Shown here: positions 1 through 10,560 of the stretch, one piece after another
Layout: each line of letters begins with the position of its first letter
How positions within the stretch are numbered: the stretch's first letter is position 1
Assembly (NCBI RefSeq): GCF_006345805.1
Contig: NC_042997.1
Span: forward strand, 98,580,001 to 98,644,000
DNA from: Octopus sinensis
Taxonomy: Eukaryota
Direction: 5' to 3'
Length of the DNA: 64,000 nucleotides
Program-made: the position numbers and the translations under genes
The notes under the pieces: model-generated
What the model was told of the DNA's origin: nothing
Seen by the model: the letters and a program-made list of their open reading frames with translations, nothing else
Databases searched by the model: none

Positions 1-1242
1 TATATTTGTGTATGTTTGCATCCGTGTGTGTATGTATCATTCATCCATCGTCACATAACTTTTAAGGATAATACGTTGACTTCGTATGAAGATTTTCAAG
101 TTTTTTTAAGGAGACTATTTTCTCACTCACATGAAAGTATCAAAGCACTTAAAACACAAAAAGAGAAAGTGAGAATAGTAGGGGGAGAGCTGAAGAGAAA
201 AAGAAAGGAGGAGAGAGAAAGAGAGAGCGAGAAGACAAATGAAACAGAAGAAACGAGACGAATAGAGACTGTCATACTGACATATGGACACAACTAGCAG
301 AACGATATGTGAAAGCCTCGAATCGGCAACACTAGAGAACAAACACTTTTATTTTGCTGCAAATGAAACTTGCTGACATAGCCGTCAATTAACGCAGTTG
401 AGATCAATTACGTTTACATTGAGATCTAATGGAATAGTAAGAGGTTAGAATAGAATGTAACCATCCTTATATTATAGCATTCTTATGTTTGTCAGTGGAA
501 ATAATACCTCATTGTGTTCTTAACCTATAATATAATTCACCTGCAAATCAATAATAACTAATCTGTATAATATATATCTTTCTGTAATTTCTAATGCATT
601 CTTGCATATATGAAAATAATAAAAAAATGTTGTAGCTGCTGATAGTGATTATTATTAACATATATTTTTTGTGTGCTTCTTCTTCTTTTTCTATTAGTCG
701 ATGTTATCACATTTTTTTCTTTTCTTTGTTAGAATGTAGAAACTAACGCGAGAAAAATTACTGTCATATTGCTACATGAATTATTCACATCTCCCAAGAA
801 ATCATTGATTATTCTCAGTCAAGGGAAAGGAAGAAAGCTTGAGTGTGTGTGAGAGTGTATAATTGTATTAATGCTATTGGATGTGCTATCATGAACGTGT
901 CCGTATGGTGTATGGTGTTGTGTTGCAGAATCAGAAACAAATAGAGAATGAGAGGTTAGGTTCAGAGTGGAGTCCGTATTTGTGTCGGAAAGTTGACTGG
1001 AAGGACATAAAAGGTTAATGATATCACAGAGAGTAGAAGCGTTTTAAAGAAAGATCATGTTAGGCATAAATAGTGATATATGCATAGCAGAGAAATAAAT
1101 TGCTAGATATGCTGTAGAGACAGATTGATGTGTATTGGAGAATAAATAAATGAATAAAAAGGTCGTTCCGTATATGTATATATATATTTTTTCTTATACT
1201 AGCGGTGATACTTGGCGTTGCTGGGGATGAAAATCGTAAAGT

Positions 1243-1288
<46 letters not shown>

Positions 1289-1289
1289 C

Positions 1290-1830
1290 AGTTATGTTGA
1301 AACAGGTGATACGGGAAAGTGCAGCATTGACGACAATACATCTGTGGAGTAGATGATGGTCTAGTTCTACTAAGAGACATGAAATACGTCCGTTTGGAGG
1401 ATCACATGCCCTAACCTATCATGAACAATTGGGAGTTGGGGGTTTATGTAATTTTGGGACCCAACGAAAAGCTGTCAGTGGATATATTCGCCTTTGAGGC
1501 GCTCAACACTGCATCTAACACGACCCGTCGTAAGGTTGACTGTCAAATGAATGGAGGTGTAACAGAAATATCGTACGTGAACTGGTATATTTGGGAAATG
1601 GGCTGCAATGGTAGGCGGCAACAGGGAAGTGATGTGTTGAAATGTTGCAGAAGGCGAAGGGTTGACAAGGAATTGCTGGTGTGGCTGCAGAATAAGAAAC
1701 ATAAAGGGAGCCTATGCAGTCATATGACAATATATATTAATGAATTACTTGAAAAAATAAGGCAGAAATGGCTTACCGCATGGTATAATAGAGTATGTCA
1801 GTATTTTGTATGCAGTGTAAATTAACGAAA
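1290..1830 (+). mobile_element. Degenerate RTE-like LINE 5' region / endonuclease N-terminus remnant
   Basis: ORF 1421-1825 segment GRRQQGSDVLKCCRRRRVDKELLVWLQNKKHKGS loosely resembles the RTE endonuclease start (GRSREVADVLKRRRVDICCVQETRWKG). Heavily decayed. Confidence 0.35.
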
Positions 1831-1859
1831 TATAAGCAAATGATACATTCACATATGTC

Positions 1860-2580
1860 AGTCGTCACATCCGTATGCGTATGTGTAGATGTGTGTGTGT
1901 GTGTTTAATAATGTACCATTATATATGTATATGTAGGTGTAGATGTTTTTTATGTTTAATAACATATCTAATGCAGAAAGAGACACTGAAATATATATAC
2001 ACTCATACACTTACACACATATATTTACAGACAGATACAGAGTCATATACAAAATACGATGTCGTCGTTGTGGTATAAAATGCCCTGTTGACAATAGAAA
2101 AATTGTCTTTATGAAATATTATATTGTTTTAATCAAAATGAAAATAAATATATGTTTAATAACGTACCTAACGAGGAAAGGCACTCACACTGTGAAGTAA
2201 ATACACACTCATACACTCACACTCATACACTCACATACAGTCATATACAAAATATGACGGCGTCGTCAGGTCGTCATATATATATGTGTGCGTGTGTATG
2301 TCTGTCTGTCTGCCTGTCTGCCTGTCTGCCTGTCTGTGTAGATATGTGTGTTTAATAACGTACCGTTTCATATGTATATATATATATGTGTGTACATGTG
2401 TATGTTTAATAGCGTAACTTGCGCCGAAAGACACACACTGACTATGAGATATGTACACACTTATAACCTTGCACACATACACTCACAGATAGATACACAG
2501 TGATATACAAAATTTGATACGGTTTTCGTCGTGGTATAAAATGTCATGTTGACTATAGCAAGATTGCAGCGTTGCAAGAT
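1860..2580. repeat. Imperfect tandem repeat cluster related to the Helitron-internal minisatellite at 33.9-34.3 kb
   Basis: Recurring TATACAAAAT...GTCGTC...GTGGTATAAAATG units near 2045, 2243 and 2503. The same motif recurs four times at 33950-34330. Confidence 0.6.
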
Positions 2581-2881
2581 GTCGATAAGTCATTCAAGAA
2601 CACACAAAAATCATTAGCTTCACTTGAACATTAAAATTTCATTTGTGTCAAAATATATCCGTCGCTTTGAAACCGTGACCTGTTCACTGACAAAAGATCG
2701 TGTTGGATATGAGAAAGTAACAATTAGTTCATGATATATATGTTTATGTATGTATGTTTGTATGTGTACGGATGTGAGTAGACGTGTCTGCCTGTATATT
2801 TGTATGTACAGGTAAATGTATGTTATGTACTGATATGTGTGTCTGTTCAAGTTGCATATATCACTGTTACTCCGTGGAAGG

Positions 2882-2940
<59 letters not shown>

Positions 2941-2946
<6 letters not shown>

Positions 2947-3239
2947 ATCATGTGACCGACCAGACCATCAGATGTTGCTACACATCGCTGGTCACAATGC
3001 GTTCGCATTGTTTTAGCCTTTGAACGACGCCACCCCGCTGGCTAAGCGAGCAGGCCAACAGAAGAAAGTGGGAGAAAGGGTGGTGAAAGAGTACAGCAGG
3101 GATCACCACCCCCTGCCGGAGCCTCGTGGAGCTTTTAGGTGTTTTCGCTCAATAAACACACACAACGCCCGGTCTGGGAATCGAAACCGCGATCCTCCGA
3201 CCGCGAGTCCGCTGCCCTAACCACTGGGCCATTGCGCCT

Positions 3240-3241
<2 letters not shown>
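2941..3241 (-). mobile_element. tRNA-derived SINE, family A, full length
   Basis: Minus-strand head GGAGGCGCAATGGCCCAGTGGTTAGGGCAGCGGACTCGCGGTCGGAGGATCGCGGTTTCGATTCCC with A/B boxes. Colinear homologue at 63020-63326. Confidence 0.9.
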
Positions 3242-3291
<50 letters not shown>

Positions 3292-3306
3292 TATATATAT
3301 ATATAT

Positions 3307-3371
<65 letters not shown>

Positions 3372-3594
3372 CATAAATGTTCCGATCACACGATGTAGGC
3401 CCTTGCTATGCACGTATAGCTCCGTAAATTGATAGTTATCTCTATGAAATATTATATTGTTTTAACCGAAATGCAAATAAAATTTCGTTTTGACACTGAC
3501 CAGCCCTCACATACATATAGTGTGTTTAATAACTTACCTAATGTGAATAATGTACATAATTCCTCATCTTTTAGATATAAAATTGTAATATATA

Positions 3595-3981
3595 TATATA
3601 CGTTTATATATTTGTTTTGCTAGATTCTTGATGTGAAATCGTGTGTTGAAACAGATGTTGTTGTATTTATGAATGGTCATTTTGCCAGTTTAGCCAATAA
3701 AAACACACGCACTATATATTTGGTGTTAATTTGCTTCAGCTTTATTTATTTTTTACATTAATCTTAATTTCATTTCGGCCAGAGTTCTTTCGTCACACTT
3801 CTCTGACGTCATCAGTGGTCCTTTGCTTTCTTTTTTCTTATATGTGTCTCTCCTTACTAACGGTCAGCCATTTTGTATCTTGTATTGCTATTGTATCTGT
3901 CTTTATTTGCGCATGCGTATACCCTTATGTGTGTCTATGTTTAGTTAGTGGGGAAGTGCCTGTAATATTTGTATCTCCTGT

Positions 3982-3985
<4 letters not shown>
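3595..3985 (-). mobile_element. Inverted Penelope pLTR upstream of the Penelope ORF
   Basis: 3777-3985 is the reverse complement of the Penelope 3' tail at about 6777-6985. 3595-3776 matches pLTR copies at 7.3-7.8, 38.6 and 61.5 kb. Confidence 0.85.
3777..3821 (-). ncRNA. Minimal type I hammerhead ribozyme (Penelope pLTR family 1)
   Basis: Reverse complement reads GG(A)CCA-CTGATGA-C-GTCA-GAGAAGTG-TGAC-GAAAG-AA-CTC-TGGCC. It is identical to the copy at 6941-6985. Confidence 0.8.
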
Positions 3986-4024
<39 letters not shown>

Positions 4025-4230
4025 GGTGGTGGTAGTAGTAGTGGTGGTGGTGGTAACAGTAGAAGTGGTAATGATGGTAGTAGTGGTAGTTGTGGTGGTG
4101 ATAGAAATAGTAGTAGTAGTTGTAGTATTGTGGGGTGATAGTGGTAATATTGGTAGCAATAGTGGCGGTAGTAGTAGTGAGGTCGATGATGGTAACAGTA
4201 ACGACAGTAGTAGTAGTAGCGGTAATGAAG
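3982..4230. repeat. (AGT)n/(GGT)n compound trinucleotide repeat
   Basis: Seen directly. It produces the poly-V/T/S/G artefact ORFs in the track. Confidence 0.95.
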
Positions 4231-4823
4231 AAGATAACCCTAGAAGGGCCAATACCCACCCCCTTGACACTCAGTTTTTCAACATATGTGACAAATCTTA
4301 CAACATGAGCCGGATTTACCCGACAACATTACCATATAACAAAAGGGTCTGCATCCCAAGACATACTAATGACCATATGGAAGCACAGTTCACTATAGCT
4401 AAGACAGATTTTAGAACTATACACTAAGAGACAGAGACAGAATAAGACAGAGGCCCAACAACTCGGGATTAAACCCGCATGTGGCCTATGTAAGCACATG
4501 CATCGCACGAGGAACGGAGAGGTGGTATCCTTTCCATAGATAAGTCCAGCAGGATGTCACTAGACAGCTTATCAAACTACATCCAGGCAATGCAACCTCA
4601 TATTGCCAATACGAAAGTAACAACTTTACAGGCGCATGAAGAGAGAGAAAAGGTCCTCAGCGCCCACATGATGTAATGGACAATTATTCTTGGACCCCAG
4701 AAACGCACAGCTAACAATTTCCAAGCCTACAAAGTAACCACTGATCCTGTAGCAGGACCACCAACAAGAACAGTCTGTGGAGCGAATATCGCTAGCAACT
4801 ACAGGATCTCCTACTTCCTCTCA

Positions 4824-5726
4824 ATGATTATACGCCCCATAATCCGGATGTCACCTGATGTTTGTGACAGCACGGAAGATCTCCTCAGCAGGATCAACGT
4901 CTGTAACAACACTTGTGACCTGACAGGATGTATAGTGGGTAACATGGATGTGGTATCTCTATACCCATCGATCGACGTGGATTTTGCGGTGGAGAAGTGC
5001 GTGGAGATGATCAACGAGAGTGAGGTGGAGTTCCGCAATGTCAACACAGAGGAACTGGGCCTCCTCTTTAGACTGACATATGACAATGAATACCTAGATA
5101 AACACGATCTTAGTAGTTTCTGCCCCAGTAGACGTTTAAAAGGTACACCACCCACAATTACTTCTATGGCTAGGAAGACCCATATAGGGATGGAGCGGAT
5201 GGACCACAGCCCCGCAAATGTCCACCAGGTAAAGGAAATGATCGCACATGCATTAGGAGCTAGTATAAGAGTTACCCTAAAAGGCCACACGTTTAAGTTT
5301 AACAACAACATATATGCCCTGGACGAAGGGGCAGCCATCGGCATTAGTATCGCCGGTGATGTGGCCAACCTTTTCATGGTATGGTGGGACAGAAGGCTTA
5401 AGGAACGCCTGACACAGAACTCCATACTCGTGAACATGTACTCCCGCTATGTTGATGCTATCAACATAGTGGTAAAGGCACCCTCACAAGAGAGTACTCT
5501 TAAAATAGAAATAGAAACTAATACTATGGAGAGAATCCAGCAAATAGCTAACTCCATCCACCAGAGTATTAAGGTCACGACAGACTACCCTATTAAACAC
5601 CCTAACCATAGACTACCAGTACTAGACACAGAGCTCTGGCTGGAAACTGAGAATAATAAAACCCGAATCCTTCTTTCACACTATGCTAAACCTGTGGTCT
5701 CCAACTACTTGATCCACCGGAACTGA
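4824..5726 (+). pseudogene. Penelope reverse transcriptase core (ORF fragment)
   Basis: PLE-type RT motifs as listed for the element. The second catalytic Asp of YVDD reads Ala. Confidence 0.88.
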
Positions 5727-6010
5727 GCTATCGCGGACAATGCCAAATTCAATATTTTGATGACAGACCTCGACAGAATAATGCGAAATATGTCCCGCAT
5801 GTGCGACCCCACAGAGGTGAAGAGACACCTACAACATTTCATTCACCGCATGCAGTTCTCAGGTTACAGCCATAAAGATACTATCATATGTAATGATAGG
5901 AATGGATATGCCCACTCTATAGGAGCAAGTCATGGAACACTATTGAAAGGACTAAGAAGAAAATAGGAAAGGCCAACTCTTGGTATGATAGCCACAAATA
6001 CCAGAGTGTC

Positions 6011-6574
6011 ATGTTCGTCGACACCACTCCTACAGGCGAACTGGCTTACGGCTTTAGAAGGGCCCTAGACAAACTTACGCCAAGGATTAAGGTTGTTGAA
6101 AGGCCAGGCAACCCTATCAAATCCCTAATCGGTAGAACCTACCCTTTTAGTAGAACCCCCTGTACGGATAGGAACTGTACTGTGTGTAGATTTAGCCCAC
6201 AAACAAGCTGTAAAGCCAGAAATGTAGTCTATAGTATAAGATGTACTGAGGGACGATGCAGTAACAAGACAACGACGTACGTAGGGGAAACGGAACGGAG
6301 CATAGGAGAGCGAGTAAATGGACATTGGAGACAACTTAAGGAGGAAAAGAGCTCATCGGTTCTGTACCAGCACGCCAACCAGGAAAACGGGGGCTCACTC
6401 AACAACATAAAAGTTAAAATCTTGTCCTCACATAGAACAGACGCAACAATTAGACAAATTACGGAAGCTACATACGTAATAGAATATAAACCTAGCCTGA
6501 ATAGGAAACTGGAATGGAACACTAGCACACACCCCCAACACACCACAGCATATGACAGAATAAGATCCTCATAA
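6011..6574 (+). pseudogene. Penelope GIY-YIG endonuclease (ORF fragment)
   Basis: VVYSIRC...TYVGETERSIGERVNGH...LYQHAN...EATYV...PSLNR pattern, preceded by a Cys-rich linker. Confidence 0.88.
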
Positions 6575-6691
6575 ACTGATAACAATATAAACAAAACTAA
6601 AAACATAATAAAATACACAGATAAATAAACAAATGGAAGTAAATAACTATATACATTAACAAAAAAATTAATTTTTACTAAATAAAACCAA

Positions 6692-6726
<35 letters not shown>

Positions 6727-6940
6727 GGTTTAAACACATGAAGAAAATAAACAAAAACAAATTACACGAACGTGTATAAACAGGAGATACAAGTATTACA
6801 GGCACCCCCCCACACACACTAACTAAACATAGACACACATCGGGATATACGCATGCACAAATAAAAACACATGCAATAGCAATACAAAATGGATGACCTT
6901 TAGTAAGGAGAGACACACAAATAAGAAAGAAGAAAACAAA

Positions 6941-6985
6941 GGACCACTGATGACGTCAGAGAAGTGTGACGAAAGAACTCTGGCC
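6941..6985 (+). ncRNA. Minimal type I hammerhead ribozyme in the Penelope 3' pLTR
   Basis: Stem I GG(A)CCA/TGGCC, core CTGATGA, stem II GTCA/TGAC, GAAA, 2-bp stem III AG-AA-CT, predicted cleavage after CUC (6980). Confidence 0.82.
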
Positions 6986-7019
6986 ATATTTGAAGGTTTT
7001 AACAATTCTTTGCATTATC

Positions 7020-7135
7020 GGCAGGAGACCTAAAATTTAGAGGTGATAGTGTAGGCGATTTTATCAACCCTAGTACTTATTCTATTGATGCCGAGAATAC
7101 GAAAGTCAAAGTCGACCTCGGCAACGTTTCCAGTA
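7020..7135 (-). mobile_element. SINE family C fragment
   Basis: TAGTACTTATTCTATTGATGCCGAG...AAAGTCGACCTCGGC matches the copies at 17757-17969 and 35125-35320. Confidence 0.7.
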
Positions 7136-7279
7136 CGTCGAGCTTTTGGAATATCATCCTTCTATGCGTCTTTCTCGCGTGTGACCACATGGAACGATTA
7201 TAGCAGAACCTTAACTGCACGAATCACACCGGTCTCAAATAAAATCAATGGGTACTGCGATTTTTCTAAGATATACGTG

Positions 7280-7317
<38 letters not shown>

Positions 7318-7324
7318 ATACGTT

Positions 7325-7795
7325 TAAATATTTGTTGTGCAAGATTTTTTATGTGAAGTCGTGTGTTGAAACAGATATTGTTATATTTCGGAATGGTCAT
7401 ATTGCCAGTTTAGCCAATAAAAACACAAGCACTATATATTTGGTGTTATTTTGCTTCAGTGTTATTTATTTTTACATTAATCTTAATCTTATTTCGGCCA
7501 GAGTTCTTTCGTCACACTCTTGTGACCGCATCAGTGGTCCTTTGTTTTCTTCTTACTTATTTGTGTCTCTCCTTACTAACCGTCTCACGGTTAGTAAGGA
7601 GAGACACAAATAAGTAAGAAGAAAACAAAGGACCACTGATGCGGTCACAAGAGTGTGACGAAAGAACTCTGGCCGAAATAAGATTAAGATTAATGTAAAA
7701 ATAAATAACACTGAAGCAAAATAACACCAAATATATAGTGCTTGTGTTTTTATTGGCTAAACTGGCAATATGACCATTCCGAAATATAACAATAT
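7325..7795. repeat. Head-to-head Penelope pLTR pair forming a perfect palindrome (arms 7375-7583 and 7587-7795, spacer CTC)
   Basis: Arms are exact reverse complements by direct reading. Each arm carries a family 1 hammerhead with CTGATGC (A9 to C), at 7496-7540 minus and 7630-7674 plus. Confidence 0.95.
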
Positions 7796-7802
7796 ATATA
7801 TA

Positions 7803-7859
<57 letters not shown>

Positions 7860-7869
7860 TGCGCACTCA

Positions 7870-8133
7870 GAGAGACGTGTATGCAGGTTTGAATGTGCTT
7901 TCCGAGTCGTAGGTTACTAAGGCCGTTTCCGCGGATTCTGTGGTGTATATGTTCTTATGCCAGGACGGGACGCTAGTCTGTTGCAGGATTACTCATTTTT
8001 TCCAACTGAAAGGACTGGGGGAACGTAAAATAAAGTGTTTTGCGCAAGTTCTTAACGCATCACCCGGTCTAGGTAGCGAAACAATATTCTTTCGATTTTG
8101 AGTGCCCTACATTAACCACGAAGCCACGCGCCT
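7870..8133 (-). mobile_element. tRNA-derived SINE, family D, degenerate
   Basis: Head AGGCGCGTGGCTTCGTGGTTAA... and central CCTGCAACAGACTAGCGTCCCGTCC are homologous to 60117-60370. Confidence 0.75.
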
Positions 8134-8377
8134 ATACGAATTTCACGTTGCTCCAGTCCACTCCGGTGGTAAAAATGAGTAGAACTTGAATTTCAAAGGG
8201 TCAGGCTTGTCACACTTTGTGTTATGACAATCTGAATCTCTCTGAGAACTACATTAAGAGTACACGTGTCTGCAGAGTGCTCAGCCACTTGCACGTTAAT
8301 TTCTCGCGCAGGCTTTCCTATTTGATCGCATCAACTGAAATACTCGTCGTCGTAACCTACAGGTTACCAGAGGGCCT

Positions 8378-8851
8378 GTATGTATGTATGTATGTATGTA
8401 TGTATGTATGTATGTATGTATGTATGTATGTATGCATATGTGTGTACGTATGTGTGTGTATGCGTATATGTATGTGTGTACGTATATGTTTGCATTTGTG
8501 TGTATGTGTGTGTGTATGTACTTGTGCAGATTTGTATGTTTTGTTTTATGCGTGTCTTCTCATGCATATAGTTGCATATCTAGGCATGCTCATATATACT
8601 TAAATGATAAACTTCTGGAAGGTTTTACAGATTTTTGCAGTTCCAGTGATGACTTGCAGCTGCAGTCTTCGAATCAGCTTTCTCTTTACTGGTTTGAGAA
8701 GCCTAATTTCTCAAGGTTGGTACTGAGATAGTATATTACACATCCCAGTGCCGCAAGTATAACAGGCTTAAACCTGAACTTGTAATCTGGATAGAATAAC
8801 TGCAAATTTATTTATGTACGTATGTATCTGTCTATTTATCTATCTATTTAT

Positions 8852-8893
<42 letters not shown>

Positions 8894-8894
8894 G

Positions 8895-8956
<62 letters not shown>

Positions 8957-8991
8957 AATCCATCTATCTATATATCTATCCATCTATCTAT
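8378..8991. repeat. (TATG)n/(TG)n (8378-8520) and (TATC)n (8826-8991) microsatellites
   Basis: Seen directly. They are the source of the MYVC and IYLS artefact ORFs. Confidence 0.95.
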
Positions 8992-9830
8992 GTTAAAAGG
9001 TTCCACGACTAATTTTGTAGCGCACCACCAGATGGCAGCACATGGTTTTGTATGTAGGAAGAGCTAGCAGTAACCTTCATGACGCTATGTTTACATAGCA
9101 TGTGAAATTTGTGTTTCTGTGATCACGTGTAGGCTGTAGTCTTCGACTTTACCAATGGCAAACACAAAGAACCAACGCCAAATTTTGCGTTAAACTTGCG
9201 AAGTCTGCTACAGAGACAAGATTACGGCAACGAGGCAAAGAGTTGTATGCAATGTTTCTCGTGCACGGACGCTTCAAAATGGGAAGAACGTCCTTGGAAG
9301 GGGATGAGCGATATGGAAGAGCTGTCATGTGCGTACTCCCAGAAATGTGGTATTGTGCATCGAAAAGTTGTCCGCAATGGCCAGATCCTCAATCGAGAGT
9401 TCCACTGCTTAGTGTTGAAGCATTTGAAGGAGGACATTCGGCGAAAGCGACCGGGTCTGTGCGGCGCGATCTATGCAGGTCTCCTCACTCGTGATTTTTT
9501 TGCCAAAAAATAACATTGTATTGCTTCCACACCCTCCCAATTCACCAGATTTAGCATCTGCAGACTTCCTTCTCTTCACCAAGATGAAAATGCAGCTCAA
9601 AGGTCACCGTTTTAACACTGTTGTCGAGATTAAGAGCGAATCACAGAAGGTCCTCGACTCGTTTACGTAAAGCAACTTTCAGGCCGGATCCACAAAGTGG
9701 TAGGAACGCTGGTATCGGCGCATTATTGCTACGCAAGGTGACTATTTCTAAGGAAAGTATTGTAAAACTTAAGTAAGTTATTTTATTATTAAACTTAACT
9801 AGTCCGGGAACTTTTTGATACCACATCGTA
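8990..9830 (+). mobile_element. mariner transposon, internally deleted
   Basis: Frameshifted transposase pieces: QR..FCVKL..SATET, RFKMGRTSLEGDERYGR, PHPPNSPDLASADFLLFTKMK (YSPDLAPSD motif). Right TIR CCGGGAACTTTTTGATACCACATCG ends at TA 9829-9830; decayed left TIR near 8993-9020. Confidence 0.88.
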
Positions 9831-10360
9831 TGTTAGGTGTAATGCAATTCTTGTAAAACTGACGTATGGTCTGATCGTCAGCGAGTAACTCCGCAGCAAA
9901 ACTTTTTAACAAAGAGGGTGATGTTCCTTGGACACTCCGCCGGACGAAAAACAAGAACTTTTAAAGGGCAGATGAACTTAATAGAGTCAATGGCTATCAA
10001 ATATATGGGTGTGGAAGAACCCTAGTCTTTCTTGAGGCATCTATCTAGAAAGAAAATTTTGATGTAATTCTTGCTACATCGTTTGTATCCAATTATGTAA
10101 ACCAGTGTTTTGGGGCAAATTCATGCCTTGTTTATAGAGTGCAATTGGACCAGCGTGAAAACTTTCTTCTCATTAAAAGTATGAAACATAGGTTTCACTT
10201 TGTTTTTGGCATCTCTATTTACTTTTCTGTTATGCATTGCATATTATGGCTCGTTACAGGCAAGAAAGGCAAAGCACTCACTAAAAAATTCCCTGATAGA
10301 ATAAAGGCATGATTCTGGGCGTTAAGCTCTCTCAATACCAGCTACCAAAAACGCCCAACG

Positions 10361-10560
10361 TTGCTACATTTTTGCAGGACGGCAAAACCACAGCCGATGT
10401 GTTCATTCTTAACAGAGCAATACAACAATGTCATTCTCGCATTCGAGTTGGAGCAATACAACAATGTTGCTACATTTTTGCAGGACGGCAAAACCACAGC
10501 CGATGTGTTCATTCTTAACAGAGCAATACAACAATGTCATTCTCGCATTCGAGTTGGAGC
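10361..10560. repeat. Perfect 94-bp direct duplication separated by a 12-bp spacer
   Basis: 10361-10454 is identical to 10467-10560. Spacer AATACAACAATG is a copy of sequence inside the unit. Confidence 0.95.

Larger units (their letters stand above)
4235..6987 (+). mobile_element. Penelope-like retroelement, disrupted, with RT, Cys-rich linker, GIY-YIG endonuclease and 3' pLTR
   Basis: RT motifs DVVSLYPSID, EGAAIGISIAGDVANLFM, YSRYVDA (YVDD decayed) and LPVLDTELW in 4824-5726. 6011-6574 has CTDRNCTVC...C then VVYSIRC...YVGETERSIGERVNGH (GIY-YIG). In-frame stops at about 4425, 4677 and 5724, and a frameshift before 6011. Confidence 0.92.

Noticed and set aside
16-342. ORFs 16-297 and 127-342
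   Set aside because: Driven by a GA-rich low-complexity tract; no recognisable domain.
3941-4270. Poly-Thr/Val/Ser/His ORFs
   Set aside because: Translations of the (AGT)n/(GGT)n repeat.
4811-5437. 208-aa minus-strand ORF
   Set aside because: Antisense shadow of the Penelope RT frame.
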